From positions 1 through 64,000 of the forward strand of contig MEDY01000055.1 of the NCBI GenBank assembly GCA_001724265.1: DNA of 64,000 nucleotides, given 5' to 3'. The notes under the pieces are model-generated. The model was given only the letters and a program-made list of their open reading frames with translations, had not been told where the DNA came from and made no database searches. A program made the translations under genes and the position numbers. The DNA is from Rhizaria sp. SCN 62-66 (Eukaryota). Of this stretch, positions 52,515-64,000 are shown in pieces. Within the stretch, counting starts at the first letter, position 1; each line of letters opens with the position of its first letter.

Positions 52515-54337
52515 TTACTCAACGTGCTTCGTACTTCCAACTTCCTTGTTATCACAGCTGCTCATTGCACAGCTCTTATCGCCATTCATATCACACTTGC
52601 TATTGTTGTCGCTGTTCCCTGAGCAGTCATGATCGTTTCGCTTGCTCATTGCCGCACTGGTCACTTCCTCGACCTCGTCCCTGATCTGCTCGCGCGTCGC
52701 CGCATAGCCGAACTTGCCACCGCCGTAAAACGTCAGGTACGGCGGGAAGTTCGGCCTCGTCGGCGCAAACTGCGCGCTGGCCCAGTAGCCCGCGCGCACC
52801 CACGCGCACTGGACGTGGGCAAAGATGGTCAGGTGGCCGGGGGTCCCGAGCCCGGCCAGAGCGGCGAGCGCGCCCGCAGTCGCTGCGTCACCCTCAACCG
52901 CACTCTCTGCGCCAGCGCTCTCTGCGCCATTGCTCTCAGCAGCGGCGGCGGCGGTGGCGGGAACCGCGACCCCTGCTGCGTTTGCGCGCGGCGCGGGGAT
53001 GATGTGCGCCACGGTGCACACGAGGTGCGCCACGCAGTCCGCCACGGCGACGTCTCCGTGCGCGCGCGACGCCGCCACGGCCTCGCGTACCGACGCGGGC
53101 GCGTTGGACAGGGCCTGCGCGCGCCGGCGGGCGGCAGCGGCGGCCAGCGCAGCCGCCTTAGAGGCCTCGGCGACGGCGGCCTTGGCGGCGGCCGCGGCAA
53201 CCTTGCCAGCAGCAGCCTTGGCAGCCGCGACGGCAGCCTTGGCCTAGGCGTCTTCAGTCGAGGCGAGGGCGACTGAGGAATCAGTAGCAGTCGCTTCAAC
53301 GCTGTCACCAACGCTAGCAGTGTTGCCCGTGAACTGAGCGAGGCAAGGGCGCTTGGCGACGTGCTCAGGCGTGGCGTCGTCTTTGTCGCCACAGCGATGC
53401 GCCTGAGTCGTGACGCTGGCACTGGCACTGGTGCTTGCGCCAGCACTGGAGCCAGCAGTTCCAACAGTGGAGCTCTCTAAGGTAGAGGCAGCGGTGCCTT
53501 CACGGGTCTGCTTTTGCTTGCTATTCTGATGCTGTTTGTCGCTACCCTTGCTGTTGATGATGCTGTTGTTGTTGCTCGCCACAGCGGGCAGAGGCGCGTC
53601 TTCCCAACCCGGAACGCATGTCGCGATGCCCAGGCGGGCCAGCTTTGGCAGTGAAATGACATCGCCCTCGTTGTTCACAGTCTCCTCAGCCGAGGTGCTT
53701 GCATCAGAGCTACTTGCTGTTGCTTCAGTCGTCGCTGTCGCAGTGCGAGCGCTATTCGCAGGGGCGGGCTGGGGGCCGTATGTGTCGAAGCCGGAGCACT
53801 TGCCGATGCTCTTAACAGTCTCTTCCATGCCCATGACGGGGATGTTGAGCACTAAGCACGATGCAAATACAATACAAATCAACGATGAGGCAGAGACATC
53901 AGTAGGTTAGAGAAAGCACGTGCAATGTCGGAGTATGAAAGCGCAAGATGAGGCTTCGATTATAACGTACCGAAGCGGCGTGTTTTCTGCAGCAATGTTG
54001 CGGAGAATCGTGTCTCATTCATGGACATGATGAATGCACCGGCGACGTTTGTGGTAGGCGTGAGCCAGCTGATAGTCATCGCGTTGCACTTGCGCTGCGG
54101 GCCAGCAGTCAGGGGCTCGCTCGTCGTCAGCACGCACACGGGGTTCGTGTACAGCATGCGCGCGTAGTGCGACGGCGCAAGTAGCACCGGCTCGCCGTAC
54201 GGGTGCTTGTTAAGGACCAACGTGGGCAGGACCAAGATCTTCTTAGCAGAAGTTGTGACTATCTTGCTGTCCGCAGTGTGCTGAGTGGTCGCTGTGGGGT
54301 CCGCGGAGACGGGTGTAGTCTGTTCCTGTTGCGACAT
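52515..54337 (-). CDS. Flavin reductase-like FMN-binding split-barrel protein; exons 54337-53971, 53851-52515; one in-frame TAG (53244-53246)
   Basis: N-half 'RMLYTNPVCVLTT...NAMTISWLTP...FVLNIPV...IGKCSG'. C-half 'AVADCVAHLVCTV...GHLTIFAHV..AWVR..YW...PPYLTFYGGGKFG' is in the same frame after the TAG. Ends in TAA. Confidence 0.8.
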
Positions 54338-55169
54338 AATTAGAGTGGGCAAGCTTTCTCCCAAGGAAAACAACAAACAAAGTTGCTTTAAGCCGTTTGA
54401 CGATCAAATTCAGGCTGTATGATATGTTCTTGTTAAACTCGCTGCCAACCTTTTTTCGGTCCAGCAACGGTCGAGAGAGCGGAGGGCGTGCGTTTGGCCG
54501 AACGCAAAGAGCAGGCTTTCAAATGACCTGGTTTCGTATACATATCGCGGTAATTTGACATTACAAATGGTGTTTGCCGGTGTTGCTAGTCACAATTGAA
54601 GGCGTGCCATTTTTGTTTCAACCTGTTGCAGTGTGCGCGGATGCGTCGCGACTCCTTGAGCTATGTGTGCCGACCTCGGCGACATCGTCTTTCCTAAATC
54701 CAACACTCTCGGCCCTTTTGCGCGCCCTTCCGCTCCTGTGCGCGCGTCTGCTGGCGGATGATTTACTTGGTCAACACTCATCACACTGCTTACAGACTAC
54801 TGTGAGCCTTCTAATGACTGTTATGCTCCGTATTGCCCCGTGGCGCGTGCGTCATATCCCGTTCGACACGAGCTCACGCCCACCTCGTGCCGTTGGCCAG
54901 CGCTACTCGTGTTCCTCGATTGCGCTGCTGCGCGGCCCTAAATTCGGAAATGGCTACTGGAATAGACTACATCAAGTGCAAATGCACACGTGTGTTGTGC
55001 TTTATTGTCATGTTAGTCGTTTTTCCACGCGTATATTCCTCGCTAATACGCCCACGTACCACCCCAACGTCTCACTCCGCCTCGCTTTCACCTTCTGTTC
55101 ACCCACCGTCTTCCCTCTCATATTACTTCACCACACTGCTCCTGCCCTACCTGCGTTACATAGCCTGAG

Positions 55170-57467
55170 ATGTCTGAGCAAAAGCTGAAATCTCAGCTGG
55201 CCGATGTGACGGACCTGTATAACAAAGAGTGCGAAAAGGTCCGCGCACTCGAGGCCGCGCTGACCAACTTCAAGCGCCGCGAGCCGCTCGTGCAGATGTT
55301 GTGGCAGGAGACGTCCCTGCTGCGCCGCTTGCTCGACCGCCAGATGCAGACCAACCTGGCCGTGATTGACCTGCCGACGGGCCGCCTGAAGCCCGGCGTG
55401 AGCGGCGTCCAGCTCACCGACAAAGACCGCCTCGCCGTCATGGCGCTCAACCTCGTCCAGACCGAGAACGCCACGGCCGCGTTCCCGCCCGCGTTCCTGG
55501 CCGGCGCGACGTCCCCCGAGCAGGCCGCGGCCGTGAACAAGGCCGCCAGCTCGGCCGCGCTGACCGGTGGCAGCGACCCCGTCGCCGTGGCCACCGCCAA
55601 CGCCGAGGCCCGCGTCGCTGCGCTGCAGACCATCGTAGACTCGTCCTCCAACGCCTCCTCCAACGGCCCCGCTCCGGACATCTTCGCCGATGCCCCCGTG
55701 GCGCCCGCGCCCGCGCCCGACGCGTCGATCCCGCTGCCGCCCATGGACCTCTTCGGCCCCGGCTCCGGCATCCCCCCCGCGCCCGCCATGGACGGCGTCC
55801 CCGCGCCTCCCGCGGACCTCTTCGGCGCGCCCCCGGCCCCCGCAGACCTGTTCGGCGCCCCGCCCGCGCCCGCCGATCTCTTCGGCGCGCCGCCGCCGCC
55901 CGGCGACCTGTTTGGCGCCCCCGGCGCGCCCATGTTCGACCTCTTTGGCGCATCCGAGCCCGCGGGCCCGGAGCTGACGAAGCCGCTGGTCAAGCCCGGC
56001 AAGAAGATGAAGGCGCTGCACTGGAAGAGCATCATTGTTGGCGCCAAGGACAAGCGCTCCGACACGGTTAAGAACTCTATCTGGGTCGAGATCGAGAATA
56101 TGTACGACTCTGTCGTCAAGAAGGCGCTGGACAAGGCCGAGCTGGAGGAGCGCTTCACGGGCCTGCCGGTCAAGAAGGACCTGTCCAAGCCCGCGGCCAA
56201 GAGCGAGGAGGAGGACGACCTGCCGAAGCGCGTGTTCGATCCCAAGCGCCACGACCAGCTCTCGATCATGCTGTCCAAGATGCCGGCCAACGACGTGCAG
56301 CGCAAGGCGATCCTCACACTCGACACGAAGCTGCTGACCATGGACCAGATCGAGAACCTGCACAAGGCCATCTTCACCTCGGAGGAAGTCGCCATGGTCC
56401 AAGCCGCGAACCTGCCCAAGGACAAGATGCTGCTACCTGAGAAGTGGGTCACTGCGCTGTGCACCATCCCCCAGATCGCGGCCCGCCTCGAGTGCTGGCG
56501 CTTCTCGCTCACCTTCGACGCGTCCTTCAACGACGTGCACAAGCCGCTCGCGCGCGTCGAGTCGGCGTGTACGCAGATCCGCCAGTCGCAGGCGTGGAAG
56601 CGCATGATGGCCATTATCCTCGTCATCGGCAACTACCTCAACGGCGGCACGCCCCGTGGCCAGGCCGACGGTTTCGAGCTTGAGTCGCTGAGCAAGCTGG
56701 CGCGCATCAAGGACGGGTCCGGTGAGGTCTCGCTGCTCGACTACATCATGCAGGTCGCCATCAAGGTCCACGGCGAGGACTTCCCCGAGAAGCTCTCGGA
56801 CGAGCTCTCGCTGGTCGCGGAGGTTAAGAACTTCTCGCTCAAGACCATCGCAGGTGACTGCCGCCGCCTCGTGTCCAAGACCAACCTGAACAAGAAGATG
56901 CAGTCGCTGGTGTCGGCGCAGATCACCGACAACAACGACCCCTTCGACAGCGTGCAGACAGCCTTCAACGACAAGGCGGTCGCGCGCGTGAGCTCGCTTG
57001 AGAGCAAGGCCAAGTCGGTCACGGACGCCTTCGTGGAGCTGCTGCAATACCTGGACCCCGACATGCCGCGCAACAAGGCCGAGGGCGCCGACACGGAGGA
57101 GTTCTTCGCATCAATCAACGATTTCGTGCAGTACGTTGTCAAGTCTGCTGCCGACGCCAAGGCGCGCAAGGAGAACGAGCAGCGCGACGCCAAGCAGGCC
57201 GGCCACCTGGCCGAGCTCAAGAAGGCGCTGAGCAAGCCCAAGGGCCCCGCGGTGGGCGCCAGCAAGGGCACCGACGCCGCCAAGGACGCCCCCAAGGAGG
57301 AGAAGCCCGCGCTCTCGGCCAAGGAGATCGCGCAGGCGCAGAAGGCCGAGCGCGCCGCCGCCGCCGCCGCCGCTGCTGCCGCCGCCGCCGCTGCGGGCCC
57401 CGAGGGCGATGCCAAGGCTGCTGATGCTAAGGCTGACGCTAAGGCTGAGGACAAGAAGAAGAAGTAA
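55170..57467 (+). CDS. Formin (FH1-like Pro-rich region + FH2 domain); possible additional upstream exon
   Basis: FH2 motifs 'KKMKALHWKSI', 'SIW', 'LSIML', 'ILVIGNYLNGGTPRGQADGFELESLSKL', 'SLLDYI', 'EEFF'. Ends in TAA. Confidence 0.92.
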   Translation: MSEQKLKSQLADVTDLYNKECEKVRALEAALTNFKRREPLVQMLWQETSLLRRLLDRQMQTNLAVIDLPTGRLKPGVSGVQLTDKDRLAVMALNLVQTENATAAFPPAFLAGATSPEQAAAVNKAASSAALTGGSDPVAVATANAEARVAALQTIVDSSSNASSNGPAPDIFADAPVAPAPAPDASIPLPPMDLFGPGSGIPPAPAMDGVPAPPADLFGAPPAPADLFGAPPAPADLFGAPPPPGDLFGAPGAPMFDLFGASEPAGPELTKPLVKPGKKMKALHWKSIIVGAKDKRSDTVKNSIWVEIENMYDSVVKKALDKAELEERFTGLPVKKDLSKPAAKSEEEDDLPKRVFDPKRHDQLSIMLSKMPANDVQRKAILTLDTKLLTMDQIENLHKAIFTSEEVAMVQAANLPKDKMLLPEKWVTALCTIPQIAARLECWRFSLTFDASFNDVHKPLARVESACTQIRQSQAWKRMMAIILVIGNYLNGGTPRGQADGFELESLSKLARIKDGSGEVSLLDYIMQVAIKVHGEDFPEKLSDELSLVAEVKNFSLKTIAGDCRRLVSKTNLNKKMQSLVSAQITDNNDPFDSVQTAFNDKAVARVSSLESKAKSVTDAFVELLQYLDPDMPRNKAEGADTEEFFASINDFVQYVVKSAADAKARKENEQRDAKQAGHLAELKKALSKPKGPAVGASKGTDAAKDAPKEEKPALSAKEIAQAQKAERAAAAAAAAAAAAAAGPEGDAKAADAKADAKAEDKKKK

Positions 57468-58122
57468 ATGCCTGAGTCGGAACCCCGCCCAGTCGTGGTA
57501 ATCTATGCTAAACTTGGAATTTTGATTGAAGCGTGTTGTTGTGTGTTTTATCGTGGTATGGTTGTGGTTGTTATTGTTGCGCTCACTTGTACATGTGTAG
57601 ATCAGCAGAAAGAGCACAGTGACTAAACCTTGTCCCGAATGCGACCGAGACACCGCACGCACTCAGTGCGACTCAAGTTATTGATGCTGCAGCTGCTATA
57701 TGCTATACGCTTCGCCTTTTTGTTTGTTCTTTTCAATCTTATGTTCTGCTGCTGCTGTCAGCTCTTTTGCTGTCTGCGAGCTTTTGTTTTTGTTTGTGCT
57801 ACCCCATTTCTTTTGATCGTTCTTTCAATACTAGCTTTCACATGATACGTATTCCAATAAGGTAACCATGTATTACCCGTTATACACAAGATTTATCCTA
57901 CCATCGCTCGATTTTAACTTTCATTCAATGTTTTCAGTGGTGACCAGTGAGAGTGACTGGTGACTAGGGCTGGGGGCGGTGACGAGGGCTGTCTTTGAAG
58001 AACGATATCTCGTTCAAAGCTCCGTCTATAGACGTGCACTTTAAACCAAGGGATTTCGACGTACTTTTATTTAAGTTCGGTAAATACACACTTCACTGGC
58101 AGCTAGCTACCTTCGTGGAGCG

Positions 58123-61100
58123 ATGCCTCCTGTGAGTGCTACCCCCAAGGTAGACGCCATGCTTGGGGGCATCACTGCTAATGGACTCCCCACCTACCCA
58201 GGACGTTTTCACGTCATTGAGAAGGTTGGATACGGTATGTCATACATTTTTACGGCCACTTGCGCTACCATCTTATCCACCACAGCTGTATACATATGCT
58301 CCATCTGACTGCGTGATCCTTAATCGCGATCTTCCCGCCTTGCCCTGTGTCGATATTGTTCACTACACAGGCTCATTCAGCGAAGTCTTCAAAGCCGTTC
58401 CGCTCGACAACGACGGAAACCCCGACTTTTCTCAGCCATTTGTCGCGCTCAAGCGCCTCGTCCCGCTGTCGACGCCACAGGACGTGCTCAACGAGGTCCG
58501 CCTGCTGCGCTGCCTCGGCGGCACGGACCACATCATCAAGCTGCTGGACGTCGATTTCTGCCCGGAGACGCGCCGCATCACGCTCGTGCTTGAGTACGCG
58601 CCGCATGAGAGCTTTAAGGTCTGTCGTTACATCCCAGTACTTCCATATACTCTCAGAACGCTCTTTTATGACCAAGATTCGATCTCACCCCAGCCTATTT
58701 ATACTTTTCTGTTGACAGGTCTTTTTCATGCGCATGCTCCTCACGGACATCATGCACTACATGCGCGCGCTACTAACCGCGCTTAAGCGTCTCCACAGCT
58801 TCCGCATTATCCACCGTGACCTCAAGCCGGCCAACTTCCTCCACCTGCCGGGCACTCAGCACTACCACCTCGTCGACCTCGGGCTCGCCTCGGTCCAGCA
58901 AGACGCGCTCCTGGACGCCCCCGACGGCGCGGACGACGCGAACCCGCTCTCCGCGCTCGCGTCCTTGGCGGCGGAGGCTAACAGCGGATACCAGCAACAG
59001 CGGCGTCTGGCTGGGCTCAGGAACCCGCTGCAACAGCAGCATTAGCATCAGCAGCAGATGCAGCGGCAACAGCAGCAGGGGCGTCGGCTGAGCACTGCGG
59101 ACGCGATTAGCGAATGGTTTTCATCCCACATGGGCCCGCTTGCGGCTGCCAACGGCCTACCCCTGCCGCCGTCAGCCGTGGACACACCTAATGACTCTGC
59201 TTTGAGCTATGCTTCTCAGGGCGGCAGCGCTAAGGCAAAGGGCAAGATGGCTGGTAAGACCACAGACACCACTGCTGGGAAGCATAGGTTGACGCCGGTG
59301 CCACCGCCCGCTACTGCGCCAGACCGCTGTGCCAGCGCCGCTGGTGCTGCTAATAGAGCGAAGCACGCGCTCACCGATCACGTCGACATCACCACGGACA
59401 TCGATGCCAGTAATGTGGTCGGTAAGAGTAAACAGAAGTCCGTGAACCCGTTCAAGATTAACCCCGCGTCTGCTAGCACAACGGACGCCGTGACGACGCC
59501 AGATACTGCAGTTGCTACACTTGCGCCTGCGAAGCCGGTCCGTGCGTCAGCTCTTGACATCCTCCTCCAAAACACACCTGCGCCGACACCAGCTCAGACA
59601 AAGCCGAGCTCGGCGGCAGCCGTGAAAACTGCGGTGAATCGTGGTGCTGCTGCGAAGTCGAACGACATCCCCGGGCACGCGTACGGCTCCGCGTCTGAGA
59701 ACATGCCGGCCAGCGGTGGTGATGCTCCGATGAATATAGCGCTGCATGTTTCGCATGACCACACTGGAAATGCGATCACTGGCAATGACGCCCCTAAGGC
59801 TGCCAGCGAGAACCCTTACGCGACCTCGTTCGTGTCTGCGCTGGCGCAGAGCGGGCGGTACTCTGCGCAGCGCGAGGCCGAACGCACGCGGCAGCTGCTG
59901 CGCAGGCAGCAGGAACGGGACGACCTGCGCCGACAGCAGCTGCTCGATCAGCAACAGCTTTAGCAAGAGGAACAGACAAGACTTGCAGAGATTGCCACGG
60001 CTGAAGCTGCATCTAGCGCCGCTGTCCTAACTATCGCGACTGCGATGACCGCCAATATGACTGCCTCTTTGACTGTATCGACAACATATGCTGCATTGTC
60101 TCCGGCAGAGACGCCCTTGCCTGCGAGTCCACAGGCCGACCGGGGCATGGCCGGAGGTGACGATGATGCGGACTACGACGCGGTCGAGACCAAAGACGCC
60201 GATGGTGGCTATGACGTGGGATATGATGACCACAACACGTACGACGCTGGGTGGGGCGACTGGGACTATGGGGAGAACAACTACAACAACGACGACAACG
60301 CCGACAACGCCGACGCCAACGATGCCGATGTCAATGACGCTGACGGCAACTCGTCCGCCCGGTCACAGAAAAGCCGTCGCATGCAAGATATCGACCACGA
60401 TATCGGGGCGGGCAACGACAGCAGCGACGACCACAGCGATGACGGCGACGACGGCAACGGCGGCGACCCGATCCTTCGCCGAGTCTATCATCGTTCTTCC
60501 GCCATCTCTGGTGCTCCTCGGAACGCGCTTGCTTCTTTTGCCTCACCGCTTGAGGGCCAAGTGGAGTTTCGATACGGCAACGTCGAGGTGCGGTCAGCGC
60601 ACACAGCGCAACGACCTCCGCGGCGGAGCGCCGGCGCCGGCGAGACGGTGGGTGGACTGCGCGCGTTTGTCAAGGCCCATACCAACGGTGCTGCGAGCGA
60701 GACTGACGCCGGCGACGGCTCTGACGCGGCCGACAGTGCCCACGTTGGCAGCGACCGTGGCAGCTACCGTGACCGTGGTCGCGACCGTGCGGGCGGTGAA
60801 TCTCGCCGCGATCGCCGCGACCGGGACCAGAACGTTGACCGTGAACGCCATGCGCGCGACCGTGACGGCGGTGGCGAGGACGGTTACACTGGCCGTAGGG
60901 ACAATGCAGCCGACAAGGCTACCCTGCAGCATAGCGTGACGACAACGCTGGACGCAGATTCTGTGCAACAACAAGGTCACACTGTTCATAGCGTCCATAG
61001 CAGCCAGTTCGTCGAAGACGATGACCGTGACAGGGACGCGGGCTCGGAGGCAGTCTACGATCCGTCACTTTTCCCTAAATCTTCTCAGACTGCCGCGCAA

Positions 61101-64000
61101 GTCAGCGCAAGCGTAAACTCAAACACTCGCACTTTGCCTCTCCACAACCTGAATGTGAGCAGCCCTGGTGCTGTGAGGGTGCAGAGCGCAGACGACGATT
61201 ACGACTACGACGACGACCGTGACGCAGTCAAAATATCCATCTGCAGTAGTGGAAACAGCAGCACGCGGAGCCTTGCTAACAATCTTCGCAGTTGTCAAGT
61301 CATTGCAAACAGCCTTCACGACGATGACGATGACAACGACGATGACCGCGACGCTGATCTAGATGCCTTGATTTCGAGCTTCGGCAGAGATGGTGAGAAA
61401 AAAGTCGCGGCTCAAGATGGTATGACACCGCCTGCAATGAGCCAGTCTCTTAGCGCCGGTCTGAGCCAGATCCGTTCTCTTAGTTTGAGTCAGGGTCACA
61501 CCTCTCTTAGTCAGCAGCACCTGTCTCAGCCGCGTCACGGCGGTGGTGCTGCATTTGTCGACACGCATCTGCCCGTGCACGCGCCCCCATTCTCGCAGTC
61601 GCCCGTCGTGTTCCCATCACTGGCGTCCCACACGAACTCCACGACCGTCACGCCCACGACACGATCGCGCCGTGTTCCGTCCGCCGCTGCGGCTGCGCCT
61701 GCCGCGGCGCAGGATCTGCGCAGCTCGCCGCGCCGTGCGAGCATGCGCGCCGACACGAACGTCGGCGTGCAGCGCGCTAATCTGCTGACCAGCGCGCATG
61801 TCATTCTTGGCGATAGCGGAAGCGAAAGCGACACGCCACACTTCGCAGCGTCGCCAGTTAGCCTCAGGTCACTGGGAAACAGCAACGCCGGCAGCAGTGG
61901 CGGCAGACGCACGGCGAGCCCAGCCACTCGCGCGAGCACGCGCAGGACTACCAACCTGAGTCCCAACAGACCGAGAGCGTCTGGCGGCACCCGAACGCGC
62001 GCCAAGGGTCCGTTGCCCCCGCCGCCGCCCCCGCTGCCGCCGCCGCAGCCGCCACAGCCGCACCCGAGCGCGTCCCCGCCCCTGCCCCACCCTTCGCACA
62101 ACCACAACTATCCCGCCGCGCCCGGCCTCCGCGCGGGCACTGGCGCTGGCAGCGGCGGCGCTGGCGGCGCTAGCGGCGGGGTTGGCAGCGGCGGCAACGA
62201 CGTGGCCCGCCGCGCGGCCGCGTCCGCCACCGCGGCGGGCGGCTCGCTGTCGCACCAGTCGCGGCGCTGGATGGCCGCGGTTACGGGCCGCACGTCGCTG
62301 GCCGAGATCGCGCCGGTGGCGCCCTTCAGCGCCCACAGCAACCGAGCAGTCGACGGCTACAGTGGCGGCGGAGGACAGGGGCTGCATAAGCGATCGCGTA
62401 TCGCCGCATCTGGAGGCGCACTGTCTGCGGCGACAACCTCAATGCCGGCCTCGCTATCAAACGTCGCAGCCGGCGCATCTCTGCACGGCCGGAACGTCAC
62501 CGCGCCCGCGACGCTGCCCACCCGCAGCAGCAGCAGCAGCACTGCGGTTGGCGGCCCTACTGTGAGCGCAAGCAACGCGGGCATGGGCGCTGGCAGCGCC
62601 GAGGCCGGCAGCAAGGCCGCCGCGCTGCGCCAGCGACTGGAGAGCCTCAGCGCCAACCGCAGCGTTACTGCGAACCACCACAACAACAACAGCAGCAACG
62701 CCAACAGCGCTGGCGGCGGGCCCGGGCACGTCCGCGGTGTTGGCAGCATCAGCAACGCTGGCAGCATGCCACCACCCGCGCATCCGCCTGCACATCACTT
62801 CTTCCGCGCCGCGACTGTATCTGCGACCACAGCGTATCTGTCCGCGGGCGCCGTTGCGGCCGGCCAGTCCTCGAACCGGGACTCGTCCTCCGCCTCAGAC
62901 TCCGGCGCCGCCGCCGGTGCCGCAGCCGCCGTCCCGCGCTCGGGTTCGTCGGCCTTCCATTCCGGCGCGGCCGGCGTTGTCGTCACTGGGACTGGCGTCG
63001 CCGCGCGCCCCGCGGCCCGCGTCCGGGCTGAGGTGGCCTTCGCGGCGGCCACGGCGGCGGCGGCGGGCGCGCGCGGCACGCACACGTACGCCGGCGCCGC
63101 GCTCGTGGCCATGGGCCGCGGCGACGTCGAAGTCCCCATTCACCACCACCCCAGGCAGCAGTACCAGCCCAGGCCGCCGGCGGGGGCGCCGCGGAAGTTC
63201 GTGCCTCCGCAGCAGCAGAACCAGGGCCAGCAGCAGCCGGCGGGCCGGGGCAGCCGCGGCAGGCCGCAGGTCGTGGCCGCAGTTGCGCGCGCCGGCACGC
63301 GGGGCTTCCGCGCGCCAGAGGTGCTGATGCGCGAGAGTGCGGTACGTGTGTATTATATTGTTGTGTGTATTCTTTAACTTAATCGACCCTGAACATCTGT
63401 TTCTCTGCATACTTCCCCATATTTCCTGCTAACTTCGCTGACATGATTTTCCGTGTTTTTTTTTTTTTTTTTTTTTTTAAGACGCAAACTGTTGGACTCG
63501 ACACCTGGAGTGCTGGAACAATCCTTCTCACACTGCTTTGCCGCAGGTACCCCCTGTCCGTGGCAAACGAAGACATTGTATCTCAGGCAGAGCTGATTCG
63601 GTTGATGGGGACACCAATCGACCAGGACCCTTCGCACTACATCCTCAGCGACCGCGCTGTGAGCACCGAGTCCGTTCCCGAGACTATGGACGGCGCGCGC
63701 GGCCTCTGCGCCCGTCTGAACCCTTCCGTGCGATGGCCCGAGCCCGTGCTTGCGCTACTGGACGGTCTGCTTGCCGTTGACCCGCGCGAGCGACTGTCGG
63801 CCGCTGCCGCGCTGGAACTGCCGTTCTTCGACCCCGCGCAGTTCGACGCTAAGGCGTGGGACGACGCAGCATTCCCGGGCTGTGTGTCGCTGACCGAGGG
63901 CGGGAAAGGCGCGCCGCTGCCCGGGGGACCGATGCCTCTGGGCAGCGCCGAGGATGGCTTCGTGGTGGCAGGCTGCGCGGAGTGGAGCGATGACGAGTGA
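58123..64000 (+). CDS. CDC7: Cell division cycle 7 kinase with giant kinase insert 2; exons 58123-58234, 58371-58618, 58719-63341, 63482-64000; two in-frame TAGs (59043, 59961)
   Basis: 'KVGYGSFSEVFKA', 'VALKRL', 'YMRALL.AL', 'IIHRDLKPANFL', 'LVDLGLA', CDC7 signature 'RAGTRGFRAPEVL', 'QTVGLDTWSAG'. Ends in TGA at 63998-64000. Confidence 0.9.

Noticed and set aside
54574-55188. 204-aa ORF upstream of the formin
   Set aside because: No coding-type codon bias or motifs; likely 5' UTR/intron, though a short upstream formin exon cannot be excluded.
58728-60045. CDC7, FAM135 and flavin reductase as pseudogenes
   Set aside because: The only lesions are TAG codons; there are no frameshifts, TAA or TGA, and motifs and splice sites are intact. 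Independent decay would not produce this pattern.

Overview
This is gene-dense eukaryotic (protist-like) nuclear DNA with very GC-rich exons, AT-richer intergenic regions and short GT-AG spliceosomal introns, mostly with GTACG donors. I can build about 20 protein-coding genes by hand: a TBC1D24-like TBC+TLDc protein, an SRPBCC protein, an enkurin-domain protein, four adjacent secreted proteins, an ARM-like protein, Vps34, a FAM135-like lipase, eL42, a UBE2K/Ubc1-like E2, COX11, an EGF membrane protein, a Rab, ACBP, a KH protein, a flavin-reductase-like protein, a formin and CDC7. Main result: the organism appears to use a variant nuclear genetic code. TAG occurs five times in frame inside four genes, including inside the CDC7 kinase and flavin-reductase domains, and twice in poly-Gln runs. 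All 19 gene ends I could define use TAA (10) or TGA (9). So UAG is probably read as Gln while UAA remains a stop. Other highlights: a likely UGA read-through extension that adds a CaaX prenylation tail to the UBE2K-like E2; an eL42 gene missing the exon segment that encodes its GGQ loop; a cluster of secreted proteins with repeated S-F/L-x-E candidate processing motifs; and a ~1,470-aa insert in CDC7. All gene models and family calls come from manual reading, not database searches.
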